Source: Faecousia sp.
Lineage (GTDB): Bacteria; Bacillota; Clostridia; Oscillospirales; Oscillospiraceae
DNA: 64,000 bases
Direction of reading: 5' to 3'
Assembly (NCBI GenBank): GCA_045631285.1
Contig: JAZQUL010000091.1
Span: forward strand, 1,208 to 65,207
The translations under genes were made by a program, and so were the position numbers. This document shows, one piece after another, positions 30,731 through 39,928 of the stretch. The notes under the pieces were generated by a model that ran no database searches, was not told the origin of the DNA, and worked only from the letters and a program-made list of their open reading frames with translations. The stretch's first letter is position 1. Every line of letters starts with the position of its first letter.

Positions 30731-32159
30731 AAACAAGAAACGTTATATCAGCACCCATTTCCGGGTCGCGCTGATTTATGTTATCATATCGTCTCTCGTA
30801 CTCATCTTCCTCAACATCTACACTGCCCGCTCCAGCCAAAATCTGTTCTATAAGAACAAAGAATCCACAATGATTGAGCGCTGCCATTTTGCCGCATCCG
30901 AAATCCGGGCGCTGGACATTATTAACCGCAACACCGTAGAAAAGGCAGTGCAAAATATGGGTTCTTTGCGTGTCGAGCGCCTCGTCATTACGGATAATGC
31001 AGGCATCGCTATCTATGATTCCTTAAAGGAAGGCAATACAGTAGGAAACGCGATTCCCATACAGGAAGTTGTGCAGGCCCTTGAAGGGAACGATGTGTTT
31101 ACCTCAAGCTTTGATAACGGTATTATGCGCTCTCAGGCAGCGACCCCTATTATGTCCTACGGCACACTCCTCGGCTGCGTCTATATGACAGAATCTGACG
31201 GTAGTCAGGGCGCATTGATTACTTCTCTGCAAAATAATATCCTTACAATCACTATCTGTCTCGAAATTTTCATCATTCTCATTTCCCTGCTGATTTCCCG
31301 CGCTTTTTCCAACCGAATCGACAATTTGATTGCCTCCATGCATATCATACGAGAAGGCGATTACTCCAAGCCTGTCAAGATTAAGGGTGATGATGAACTT
31401 TCCGTCCTTGGTGATGAATTTAACGAACTCCGCAGCCGTTTGGAAGAAATGGAAGCAACGAGACGGCAGTTTGTCTCCAACGCCTCTCACGAGTTGAAGA
31501 CACCTCTTGCTTCCATTAAACTGTTATCGGACTCCATACTGCAAAACGATATGGATCCTGCAACCGTCCGGGAGTTTGTGGAAGACATCGGTAACGAAGC
31601 GGAACGCCTCAACAGAATGTCCCAGAAACTGCTGTCCCTGTCCAAAGCGGACGCTATGGTTGCAGAGTCCTCCGAGGTCATTCAGATCAGCGATACCGCC
31701 CAGCGCGTCGTGCGTATGCTCAAGCCCTTGGCTGAAATCCGCAATATCCACATCCATTCGGATATTGCGGATACCTGCCCGATTTTGTGCAGCGAAGATG
31801 ATCTGTACCAGATACTGTTTAACCTTGTGGAAAACGGCATTAAGTATAATAGAGAAAACGGCAATCTTTATATCCACCTGAACCGCATCCGCAACACCGC
31901 CATCCTGAAAGTAAAAGATGAAGGCGCAGGTATCCCTGAAGAGTCCCTTCCTCATATTTTTGACCGATTCTACCGCGTGGACAAAGCCCGCTCCCGTTCC
32001 ACCGGCGGCAGCGGACTGGGACTGAGCATTGTCAGTGACCTAATACAAAAACATCAGGGTAAGATCACTGTACAAAGTGCATTAGGCTTCGGCTCTGTAT
32101 TTACCTTGTATTTTCCGATTTTTGATTTGGATGGGATGCCTCCCTCTCCTCAGGAATAG
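30708..32159 (+). CDS. HAMP-domain sensor histidine kinase
   Basis: Two TM helices, HAMP, SHELKTPL, NLVENGIKY, GGSGLGL. Confidence 0.93.
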   Translation: MAISSGNKNKKRYISTHFRVALIYVIISSLVLIFLNIYTARSSQNLFYKNKESTMIERCHFAASEIRALDIINRNTVEKAVQNMGSLRVERLVITDNAGIAIYDSLKEGNTVGNAIPIQEVVQALEGNDVFTSSFDNGIMRSQAATPIMSYGTLLGCVYMTESDGSQGALITSLQNNILTITICLEIFIILISLLISRAFSNRIDNLIASMHIIREGDYSKPVKIKGDDELSVLGDEFNELRSRLEEMEATRRQFVSNASHELKTPLASIKLLSDSILQNDMDPATVREFVEDIGNEAERLNRMSQKLLSLSKADAMVAESSEVIQISDTAQRVVRMLKPLAEIRNIHIHSDIADTCPILCSEDDLYQILFNLVENGIKYNRENGNLYIHLNRIRNTAILKVKDEGAGIPEESLPHIFDRFYRVDKARSRSTGGSGLGLSIVSDLIQKHQGKITVQSALGFGSVFTLYFPIFDLDGMPPSPQE

Positions 32160-32520
32160 GTATAAGAAGTCCGGGCTTTCCGTCCCGGAAAGCAAACCTA
32201 GCCTCTCCTATCCCATAGAGATGCCCAACAGGCCTATTCTTATCCAGCGGCATCCAAGCCTCTCTCACCTGGGCGCGGACAACAAACCCTGTTAGGCCGT
32301 CCAATCTTTTCTGTGCAATTCTGGTGCTAATTACCATTTTCCCATCCTTCGGAACACAAATGCCGATATTTTCTCTGCGGTTTCCGCAATCCGCCTCAAT
32401 ATGTAGTACGCGCTGTTGCATTTTGCATACGCACCTGACCTCATAATAGAGGCCCTGAACGGAAATATATGCAGTTCCTATGTTCGTTCCCTCTGCGGTA
32501 ATTGGATATTCCCTTTGCAT
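32101..32520 (-). CDS. Hypothetical protein, beta-rich
   Basis: 139 aa ORF with SD AAGGGGGG; overlaps the kinase 3' end by 59 nt. Confidence 0.55.
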   Translation of the reverse strand: MQREYPITAEGTNIGTAYISVQGLYYEVRCVCKMQQRVLHIEADCGNRRENIGICVPKDGKMVISTRIAQKRLDGLTGFVVRAQVREAWMPLDKNRPVGHLYGIGEARFAFRDGKPGLLIPIPEEREASHPNQKSENTR

Positions 32521-32564
32521 AGAAATCCCCCCTTACCTGATTGTATGCGGTAAGGGGGATTCCT

Positions 32565-32942
32565 TTACAGAATATTGCGATTATCCTGCAGCCCGAAACT
32601 GACTGCAATTGCCTCATCGACCATATGCATATGTTGATCGTCCAATTTGCCCATATGCTCCCGCAGGCGCCGCTTATCAATGGTGCGAATCTGTTCCAAA
32701 AGGATCACAGAATCCTTGCTGAGTCCTACACTGCCGCCTGCAATATTGATATGGGTAGGTAACCGCGCTTTGCCTGTCTGACTTGTAATTGCTGCCGCAA
32801 TTACTGTGGGAGAATACCGATTACCGGTATCGTTCTGCACAATAAGCACAGGCCGGGTACCGCCCTGCTCGCTTCCCACAACAGGAGACAAATCTGCATA
32901 AAATATATCACCACGTCTGACCGTACTGTCCATCCTTTTCAC
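32565..32942 (-). CDS. mazF: MazF/PemK (NdoA/EndoA) mRNA interferase
   Basis: [46 protein letters not shown]. Confidence 0.95.
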   Translation of the reverse strand: MKRMDSTVRRGDIFYADLSPVVGSEQGGTRPVLIVQNDTGNRYSPTVIAAAITSQTGKARLPTHINIAGGSVGLSKDSVILLEQIRTIDKRRLREHMGKLDDQHMHMVDEAIAVSFGLQDNRNIL

Positions 32943-33073
32943 ACTCCGGAGAAAGCATTGCCAGCGCTACCGGTTATATCCATATGTAACGCGGCTGATT
33001 CTATTCTCCCACGCACAAAAGAAAATTATACGGTAGGTGCTGTGATTTATCCTATGCAAGAAATGACAGATGG

Positions 33074-33634
33074 CTACAAAATAGTAAAGTCTCTCGCTGT
33101 TATGGACAAAACTCGCCTTCCCTCCCAAAGAATTTCTCCGCGGACAGGCAGTTCGTTTTCGTCGAGCCAAATATCCAGATGGAGCGCTCTGTCCTGATAG
33201 CTGTCATCTATTTGCAAATAAGTGCCGCCATCTACCTTGGCGCAGGACACGATATAGCCGCTCCGGAGCGTCTTTAAAAACAGCCACGGCGCAGTGACCG
33301 GCGTAACCTGTCCGTCTGCAATCGGCGCAAAAGCCAGCGCTGTCCCTTCAAAAGTCAGATGTCCTCCCCCGTCTGTGATAGCGCCGGTAATTCCTGCTAT
33401 ACTCTCAGGCGCAGTAACCGAAAAGCTGAGATTCCCCTGCTTATCCGCCTGACAGTCCAACGAAAACTGGTATATGACATTCCCATAATCTGCAGTAATT
33501 TCGGCAGTAAACTTGCAACCCGTCCCGCTGAGCAGTTTCTGACGAAACCTTAGCGCCGTATCCAAATCTCCACCTGCATTCCCGCAGCCTGCCAACAATA
33601 GCATAGATAGAATAAGTACAAATAGTCGCTTCAT
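33074..33634 (-). CDS. Lipoprotein, GerS/LolA-like
   Basis: Lipobox LLAGC; beta-rich; SigE-like GCATATT-N14-AATAGAT upstream; upstream of mazF as gerS is in other clostridia (inference). Confidence 0.6.
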   Translation of the reverse strand: MKRLFVLILSMLLLAGCGNAGGDLDTALRFRQKLLSGTGCKFTAEITADYGNVIYQFSLDCQADKQGNLSFSVTAPESIAGITGAITDGGGHLTFEGTALAFAPIADGQVTPVTAPWLFLKTLRSGYIVSCAKVDGGTYLQIDDSYQDRALHLDIWLDENELPVRGEILWEGRRVLSITARDFTIL

Positions 33635-33785
33635 AACATGTCCTCCCCGTACCTATCGGTGATTTATGTAATATCTATTCTATTTCACCTTAGAATATGC
33701 CAAATATTGGGACTTTTTTATGGGATTTTATCCAGAAAAGACTTGCCTTTTCTTAAAATCTATGTTATCTTATTAGAGATATGTA

Positions 33786-34036
33786 AAAGCATTGACTGGG
33801 CTGTCTGATGCGAAACGTGCGTCTTCCAGAGAAAGCGGGATGGTGTGATCCGCTTACGTACCGCAAAGGGCTTTCTCCCACGAGCTGCAGCCTGAAATCA
33901 GTAGGGTGCGCCGGATGATCCCGTTAGAGATCGCAGGTGTGTTTGCACCGATGAGAAGCGCCGTGAGGCGAATTGCGGGTGGTACCGCGGAGGTTAACCT
34001 TCGTCCCGATGTGGGATGAGGGTCTTTTTTATTTTT
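33786..34036 (+). promoter_or_regulatory. T-box riboswitch (Phe) upstream of pheST
   Basis: AGAGA and GGTGTGA motifs, specifier TTC (33873-33875), T-box GGGTGGTACCGCGG, terminator stem plus T-run. Confidence 0.9.
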
Positions 34037-34052
34037 GGAAGGAGAAACTGTT

Positions 34053-35096
34053 ATGAAGCAACAATTAGAGCAGATCCGGCTGCAAGCCATCGCTGCGCTC
34101 CAGGAGGCGGATACACCTGCCGCATTGGAAGATCTGCGGGTAAAATTCCTTGGCAAGAAAGGCGAACTGACCGCCGTTCTAAAACTGATGGGCAAGCTCT
34201 CCCCTGAGGAGCGCCCCGTAATGGGTCAGATTGCGAACGCAGTCCGCGCTGAAATTGAAGAAACGCTGGAGGCAAGAAAAACCGCTGTCAATGCTGCCGT
34301 TCTGGAAGCAAAGCTGCAGGCAGAAAGCTTGGACGTAACCATTCCCGGCATAGCTGTCACAATGGGTAAAGAGCATCCTATGAATCAGGTACTCCAGGAG
34401 ATTAAAGACCTCTTTGTGAGCCTTGGCTACCAGATTATCGACGGTCCCGAGGTAGAACTGGCTGAGTATAACTTCACCCGCCTCAACACAGAGGAAGGTC
34501 ATCCCGCAAGAGACCGTTCCGACACGTTCTATTTTAACGACGACGATTCCCTTCTGTTGCGGACACAGACCAGTCCTATGCAGATTCGTGCAATGGAAAA
34601 CGCAAAGCCCCCTATCTGTATCCTTGCGCCCGGCCGCGTATACCGTAAGGACGAAGCCGACGCTACCCACTCCCCTATGTTCCACCAAATTGAGGGTCTT
34701 GTCATTGATGAACACATCACGATGGGCAACCTCAAAAGCGCCCTCATTACCCTTATGAAGAGCCTGTACGGTGAGGATGCAGAAATGCGTTTCCGTCCCC
34801 ACCACTTCCCCTTTACCGAACCTAGCTGTGAGATGGATATGCAGTGCCATAAGTGCCATGGCACCGGCGAGTTAGACGGTCAGGTCTGCTCCACTTGCCA
34901 CGGTGAAGGCTGGATTGAGCTTTTGGGTGCCGGTATGGTTCACCCCAAGGTTTTGGAGGGCTGTGGCATTGACCCGGATAAGTACTCCGGCTTTGCATTC
35001 GGTATGGGTCTTGAAAGAATGGCTATGGGCCGCAGAAAGATCAATGATCTTCGTTTGATCTTCGATAACGATGTGCGGTTCCTGAATCAGTTCTAA
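34053..35096 (+). CDS. pheS: Phenylalanine--tRNA ligase alpha subunit
   Basis: HPARD, LRTQTSPMQ, THSPMFHQIEG, FPFTEPS, GFAFGMGLER. Confidence 0.97.
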   Translation: MKQQLEQIRLQAIAALQEADTPAALEDLRVKFLGKKGELTAVLKLMGKLSPEERPVMGQIANAVRAEIEETLEARKTAVNAAVLEAKLQAESLDVTIPGIAVTMGKEHPMNQVLQEIKDLFVSLGYQIIDGPEVELAEYNFTRLNTEEGHPARDRSDTFYFNDDDSLLLRTQTSPMQIRAMENAKPPICILAPGRVYRKDEADATHSPMFHQIEGLVIDEHITMGNLKSALITLMKSLYGEDAEMRFRPHHFPFTEPSCEMDMQCHKCHGTGELDGQVCSTCHGEGWIELLGAGMVHPKVLEGCGIDPDKYSGFAFGMGLERMAMGRRKINDLRLIFDNDVRFLNQF

Positions 35097-35109
35097 GGAG
35101 GTTACGAAT

Positions 35110-37494
35110 ATGAAATTGAATAGAAAATGGATTAATGAAGAGTTCGTTGACCTCTCTCATATCTCCGATAAAGAATTTGTAGACACCCTGACCGTTTTCG
35201 GTCAGAAGGTAGAAACCTATGAACGGCTTGACAGCCAGATTAAGAACGTTGTCGTCGGTAAGGTTCTCTCTATTGTACGCCATGAAAACTCCGACCATAT
35301 GTGGGTATGCCAGGTGGATGTTGGCGCTGAAGAACCTGTTCAGATTGTAACCGGCGCGCAGAATGTGAAGCAGGGCGATTTGGTTCCCGCTGCTCTGCAC
35401 AATTCCTACCTGCCCGGCGGTATCCACATCACCAAGGGTAAGCTCAGAGGCGAAGTCTCCTGCGGTATGCTCTGCTCTCTCAAAGAGCTTGATTTGACAC
35501 TCGGTGACTTCCCCTACGCCATTGAGGACGGCATTTGGATCATTGAGGAAGACTGCAAACCCGGTGACGACATCAACACCATCATCGGCAACGATGATAC
35601 TGTTGTTGATTTTGAGATCACAAACAACCGGCCTGACTGCTACTCCATTATTGGCCTTGCCCGGGAAGCCGCTGCCGCTTTTGGTCAGCCTATGCGCCAC
35701 CACCAGCCTGACGTAAAGGGCAGCGATGCCGGCTCTATGTACGAAATGCTGGACATTGAAGTTCCCGCTGAGGAGCTGTGCAACCGCTACACAGCCCGTA
35801 TGGTCACCAATGTGAAGATCGGCCCTTCTCCCAAGTGGATGCGCCAGCGTCTGCGCGCCAACGGTGTCCGCCCCATCAATAACATCGTGGATATTACCAA
35901 CTATGTTATGTTGGAGTACGGCCAGCCTATGCACGCATTCGACTACCGCTATGTTGGCTCCGGGAAGATCGTTGTCCGCGAAGCAGAAGAAGGCGAATCG
36001 CTGACAACTCTCGATGGCAATGTTCGCCTCCTGACTCCCGGCATGCTTGTCATTGCTGACGGAGAAAAGCCCATTGGCCTTGCCGGCATTATGGGCGGTG
36101 AAAACTCTGAGATTGTAGACGATACCGTCACCGTCGTTTTTGAGTCCGCTAACTTTGACGGTACATCCATCCGGAAGACCGCCCTTTCGCTGGGTATGCG
36201 TACCGATGCCTCCGCAAAGTTCGAAAAGAATATCGATCCTATGATGACTGTTCCCGCTGTGGAGCGCGCCTGTGAGCTTGTGGAGCTTCTCGGCTGCGGT
36301 GATGTAATGGATGGAATGGTGGACATCATTAACTATGTACCCGCTCCTCATACCGTAAAGCTGGAGCCTGCAAAGATCAATGCGCTCCTGGGTACAGATA
36401 TTTCCAAGGAGCAGATGGTTTCCTATCTGTCTCTCCTGGAGATTCCAGTAGAGGGCGACGAAATTCTTGTTCCTTCCTGGCGTCCTGACCTGAATCTGAT
36501 GGCAGACATCGCAGAAGAAGTTGGCCGCTCCTACGGTTATAATGAAATTCCCACAACCACCCTCAAGATTGCGGCAAGAGGTGGCTATTCTCCCAAGATG
36601 CTCTTTGAGAGCGCTTGCGGAAAGGCCTGCCGTGCGTTGGGCTATAACGAGATTATCACTTATTCTTTTGTCTCCCCTGAGATTTTTGACCGCATCCGAC
36701 TTCCTGAGGACAGCGCCCTTCGCAATCCTATGCGAATCCAGAATCCCTTGGGCGAGGATACCTCTGTGATGCGTACCACCGCCCTGCCCTCTATGCTGGA
36801 CATTTTATCCCGGAATATGGCTTACCGTAACAAGTCGGTTAAGCTCTATGAGCTGGCTAAGATTTATCTGCCTAAGGAAGGCCAGCTTCAGCCTGAAGAG
36901 CCGAAGATTCTTGTCTTGGGCAGCTATGGCGAAAATGTGGATTTCTTCTCTGTTAAGGGCGAGCTGGAAGCTATTTTCTCCGCGCTCCGTATCAAGAAGG
37001 CTTCCTACGTTGCCGACCGTAACAATCCCAGCTACCATCCCGGCCGCTGCGCTTGCGTATCTATTGACGGTGCACACGTTGGCTATATCGGCCAGCTTCA
37101 CCCGCTGGTAGCCGAAAACTACGATATGGATGCACCCGTCTACTGCGCGGAGATCAATCTCGAGGTTCTGATGGGTCAGCAGCTTCCCGAACCCACCTAC
37201 AAGCCTCTGCCCAAGTTCCCCACTGTAAGCCGGGATTTGGCTATTGTTTGCAACGAAGCAGTTACTGTTGCCGAAGCTGAAGCCGTTATCCGGAAGTCTG
37301 CCGGAAAGCTCCTGCGAGATGTTGCACTTTTCGACATCTACCGCGGCGCAAATATCGGTGAGGGCAAAAAGAGCCTTGCCTTCTCCCTGTCCCTCCGGGC
37401 AGATGACCGCACCTTAACTGATGCGGATTCCGAGCAAGTTGTAACAGCTATTTTGGCAGCCCTTGCCAAGGAATTAGACGCAACCCTGCGATAA
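35110..37494 (+). CDS. pheT: Phenylalanine--tRNA ligase beta subunit
   Basis: tRNA-binding OB fold, NRPDC, NNIVDITNYV, DIAEEVGR, C-terminal FDX-ACB domain. Confidence 0.97.
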   Translation: MKLNRKWINEEFVDLSHISDKEFVDTLTVFGQKVETYERLDSQIKNVVVGKVLSIVRHENSDHMWVCQVDVGAEEPVQIVTGAQNVKQGDLVPAALHNSYLPGGIHITKGKLRGEVSCGMLCSLKELDLTLGDFPYAIEDGIWIIEEDCKPGDDINTIIGNDDTVVDFEITNNRPDCYSIIGLAREAAAAFGQPMRHHQPDVKGSDAGSMYEMLDIEVPAEELCNRYTARMVTNVKIGPSPKWMRQRLRANGVRPINNIVDITNYVMLEYGQPMHAFDYRYVGSGKIVVREAEEGESLTTLDGNVRLLTPGMLVIADGEKPIGLAGIMGGENSEIVDDTVTVVFESANFDGTSIRKTALSLGMRTDASAKFEKNIDPMMTVPAVERACELVELLGCGDVMDGMVDIINYVPAPHTVKLEPAKINALLGTDISKEQMVSYLSLLEIPVEGDEILVPSWRPDLNLMADIAEEVGRSYGYNEIPTTTLKIAARGGYSPKMLFESACGKACRALGYNEIITYSFVSPEIFDRIRLPEDSALRNPMRIQNPLGEDTSVMRTTALPSMLDILSRNMAYRNKSVKLYELAKIYLPKEGQLQPEEPKILVLGSYGENVDFFSVKGELEAIFSALRIKKASYVADRNNPSYHPGRCACVSIDGAHVGYIGQLHPLVAENYDMDAPVYCAEINLEVLMGQQLPEPTYKPLPKFPTVSRDLAIVCNEAVTVAEAEAVIRKSAGKLLRDVALFDIYRGANIGEGKKSLAFSLSLRADDRTLTDADSEQVVTAILAALAKELDATLR

Positions 37495-37518
37495 TCGAAA
37501 ATTTTTTTGGTTTTGCTC

Positions 37519-37547
37519 TTTACACCCCGATAAAAATACGATATAAT
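37519..37547 (+). promoter_or_regulatory. SigA-type promoter of ireB
   Basis: TTTACA-N17-TATAAT. Confidence 0.6.
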
Positions 37548-37578
37548 AATGAAAATGTAACCAAGGAGGTCGTGCGTT

Positions 37579-37830
37579 TTGACAGAACATACTATTAAAT
37601 TCACCGTACCCAGCGATGATAAGGAAAATATGCGTTTGATTCTGCAAAGCGTATTTGACGCCTTAAGCGAAAAGGGTTACAATCCCATCAACCAGATTGT
37701 GGGCTATCTTCTGACAGAAGACCCCACTTACATCACCAATTACCGCAATGCCCGCAGCCTGATCTGCAAGATTGACCGGGACGAGCTTCTGCGTACATTG
37801 GTGCAGAGTTATCTGTTTGAAAAGAACTGA
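37579..37830 (+). CDS. ireB: IreB/ReoM (UPF0297) regulatory phosphoprotein
   Basis: [37 protein letters not shown]; TTG start after AAGGAGG; followed by a hairpin at 37836-37869. Confidence 0.9.
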   Translation: MTEHTIKFTVPSDDKENMRLILQSVFDALSEKGYNPINQIVGYLLTEDPTYITNYRNARSLICKIDRDELLRTLVQSYLFEKN

Positions 37831-37889
37831 TTCTATTAGGAGGCTTTTGCCACCGCAGAAGCCTCCTAACATTTTAGCAGGAGGTTAGT

Positions 37890-38180
37890 ATGTCTGAGGA
37901 AAATAAGGTTTTAACATACAAGGGACATCCCCTTATGCGTAAGGACAATATGATTTACTATGGCTCTATGGCTGACAGTCATATCGTATTGCTCCAAATA
38001 CTGGAAACCGAAAATGTAGGCGGCGAGGAAATTGCCAAGCGCGTATCTGTGCAGCTGCAGCTGACAGATCCTGCCGTCAAGCCCAGAGAACGTGTTGTAA
38101 AGAAGGGCGAAAAGGCCGGTCTTTATACTGCACTGGATTTCGGCTGTGTATGGCTGGAAAGAGCCCTTGCCGGTAAATAA
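37890..38180 (+). CDS. Hypothetical protein
   Basis: 96 aa, SD AGGAGG, host-like codon usage, followed by a terminator hairpin. Confidence 0.75.
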   Translation: MSEENKVLTYKGHPLMRKDNMIYYGSMADSHIVLLQILETENVGGEEIAKRVSVQLQLTDPAVKPRERVVKKGEKAGLYTALDFGCVWLERALAGK

Positions 38181-38293
38181 TCACTATGTTTTTGCGCCAG
38201 CCTTTTGGGGCTGGCGCAAAATAATTTAAGTGTGCTATTGCTTTTTATCGCCTGCGTGGTATAATAAGAACAAACTAACAGGAGGAGAAATAT

Positions 38294-39835
38294 ATGGAAA
38301 ACTTCGACGAGAAGCAGCCTTCCAATCCGCAAAACCGCGGTAACCATAAGAAAAACACAGCCAAGAAGAATATCGAAGCATACATTATGCCCATAGGCAT
38401 TGGACTTGTATGTGTGCTTCTGATCGCTTGTATCGCTGTTGCGTATAATAACGGTTTGTTTGGATCCAGCGGGCCCACTTCCCCTGCAACCGAGCCACCT
38501 ACGGACGGCCCCACCGATGCTCCTACGGAACCAATGGCTGAAATCAATGCTGCGGCGGAGAAGCTGATGGCCGAGACCGATTTCCTGGCTGCCGGTTATG
38601 ACTACGACAAAGCAATCAGTCTGCTTCAGTCCTTCGAATATGCTGATAAGGTACCTGCCATCGCAACGAAAATTGCCCAGTATCAGGCAGATAAAGCAAA
38701 GTGCAGCCGCTATACAAAGATGAACACCATTACCCACATCTTTGTCCATCCCCTTATTGTGGAGCCTGACCGCGCCTTTGGCGCAGGCGCAAACCTGCCC
38801 GGCGCAATGAATAAGGATATGACCACAGTTGCGGAATTTAAGTACCTCCTGCAGTCTATGTACGACCGTGGTTATGTTTTGGTAACTCCCTATCAGGTCG
38901 CTTACGAGGTCAAGGACGCAAATGGCAATGCCAGATTTGTGGAGGGCGACATCTATCTGCCTGAAGGTAAAAAGCCCTTCATATTAAGCGAGGATGATAT
39001 TAATTATTACGGCAAATGGATTGCTGATGCCAAAAAGCGCCCCGGCCAGTCAGAAATGGATGGTGTCAACAACATCCCTGTTTTTGCAAACAAGAACGGC
39101 GACGGCGTTGCAAGCCGCATCGTAATCGGTGCTGATGGCAAGCCCACCTGCGAGTATGTGGACCGCAACGGCAATACACTCATCGGTGAATATGATCTCG
39201 TCCCCATTTTAGAAGCCTTCATTCAGGAGCATCCCGACTTTGCTTATCAGGGCGCCCGGGCAGTTTTGGCTGTAACCGGCTTTGAGGGTGTCTTTGGATA
39301 CCGTACAAAGCCCGGCTATGCTAACAATATGACTGCAGAAGAATATCAGAAAGAAATCGACGATGCCAAGGCAGTGGTACAGTGCCTGAAAGACAACGGC
39401 TGGATCATCGCCAGCCACTCCTACGGTCACCCATCCTACGGCAATCTTTCTGCAAGCCGCATCAAGGCCGATGATACCAAGTTCCAGAATACCGTCGAGA
39501 CAATCGTCGGTGATTGCGACATTCTCATCTACCCCAACGGCTCTGATATTGCCGGAATTGAGAAGTACACGATGGAAAACGAAAAGTTTAAGGTCCTCTA
39601 TGAGGCCGGATACCGGTACTTCTTCAACGTAGACGGCTCCGATTACTGGGTGCAGCAAGGCGAAAATTACTACCGCGGCGGCCGCCGTAATGTGGATGGT
39701 TACCGCATGTGGAATAACCCGTATATGCTGGACGATTTGATGCCTGTGAAGACCATCCAGTACAATCAAAACGGCAAGTTGGTTGAAAAGGAAGTCGCAG
39801 GTGCCTGGGACAGCGGCAGACCTGCGATGAAGTAA
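38294..39835 (+). CDS. Membrane-anchored polysaccharide deacetylase-family protein
   Basis: TM, P/T linker, LSEDD and SHSYGH NodB-type metal motifs, IYPNG. Confidence 0.75.
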   Translation: MENFDEKQPSNPQNRGNHKKNTAKKNIEAYIMPIGIGLVCVLLIACIAVAYNNGLFGSSGPTSPATEPPTDGPTDAPTEPMAEINAAAEKLMAETDFLAAGYDYDKAISLLQSFEYADKVPAIATKIAQYQADKAKCSRYTKMNTITHIFVHPLIVEPDRAFGAGANLPGAMNKDMTTVAEFKYLLQSMYDRGYVLVTPYQVAYEVKDANGNARFVEGDIYLPEGKKPFILSEDDINYYGKWIADAKKRPGQSEMDGVNNIPVFANKNGDGVASRIVIGADGKPTCEYVDRNGNTLIGEYDLVPILEAFIQEHPDFAYQGARAVLAVTGFEGVFGYRTKPGYANNMTAEEYQKEIDDAKAVVQCLKDNGWIIASHSYGHPSYGNLSASRIKADDTKFQNTVETIVGDCDILIYPNGSDIAGIEKYTMENEKFKVLYEAGYRYFFNVDGSDYWVQQGENYYRGGRRNVDGYRMWNNPYMLDDLMPVKTIQYNQNGKLVEKEVAGAWDSGRPAMK

Positions 39836-39850
39836 CAAATATTTAAGTGA

Positions 39851-39888
39851 TAAAGCCCGTGGAAAAATCCACGGGCTTTATATTTTTC
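39851..39888 (+). terminator. Intrinsic terminator
   Basis: TAAAGCCCGTGGA/TCCACGGGCTTTA followed by TATTTTT. Confidence 0.75.
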
Positions 39889-39928
39889 TGCCTTTATGCA
39901 CATAATACCGATGTGAAAGGTGGTAAAT

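Noticed and set aside
32967-33170. 67-aa ORF as the MazF antitoxin
   Set aside because: Overlaps the lipoprotein 3' end out of frame and has no RHH/AbrB or acidic antitoxin character
35041-36351. 436-aa minus-strand ORF
   Set aside because: Antisense shadow of pheT
38470-38535. PTDGPTDAPTEP repeats (and PTVPPTVPTTDPPTDP near 51030-51080)
   Set aside because: Ordinary Pro/Thr linkers of membrane-anchored proteins
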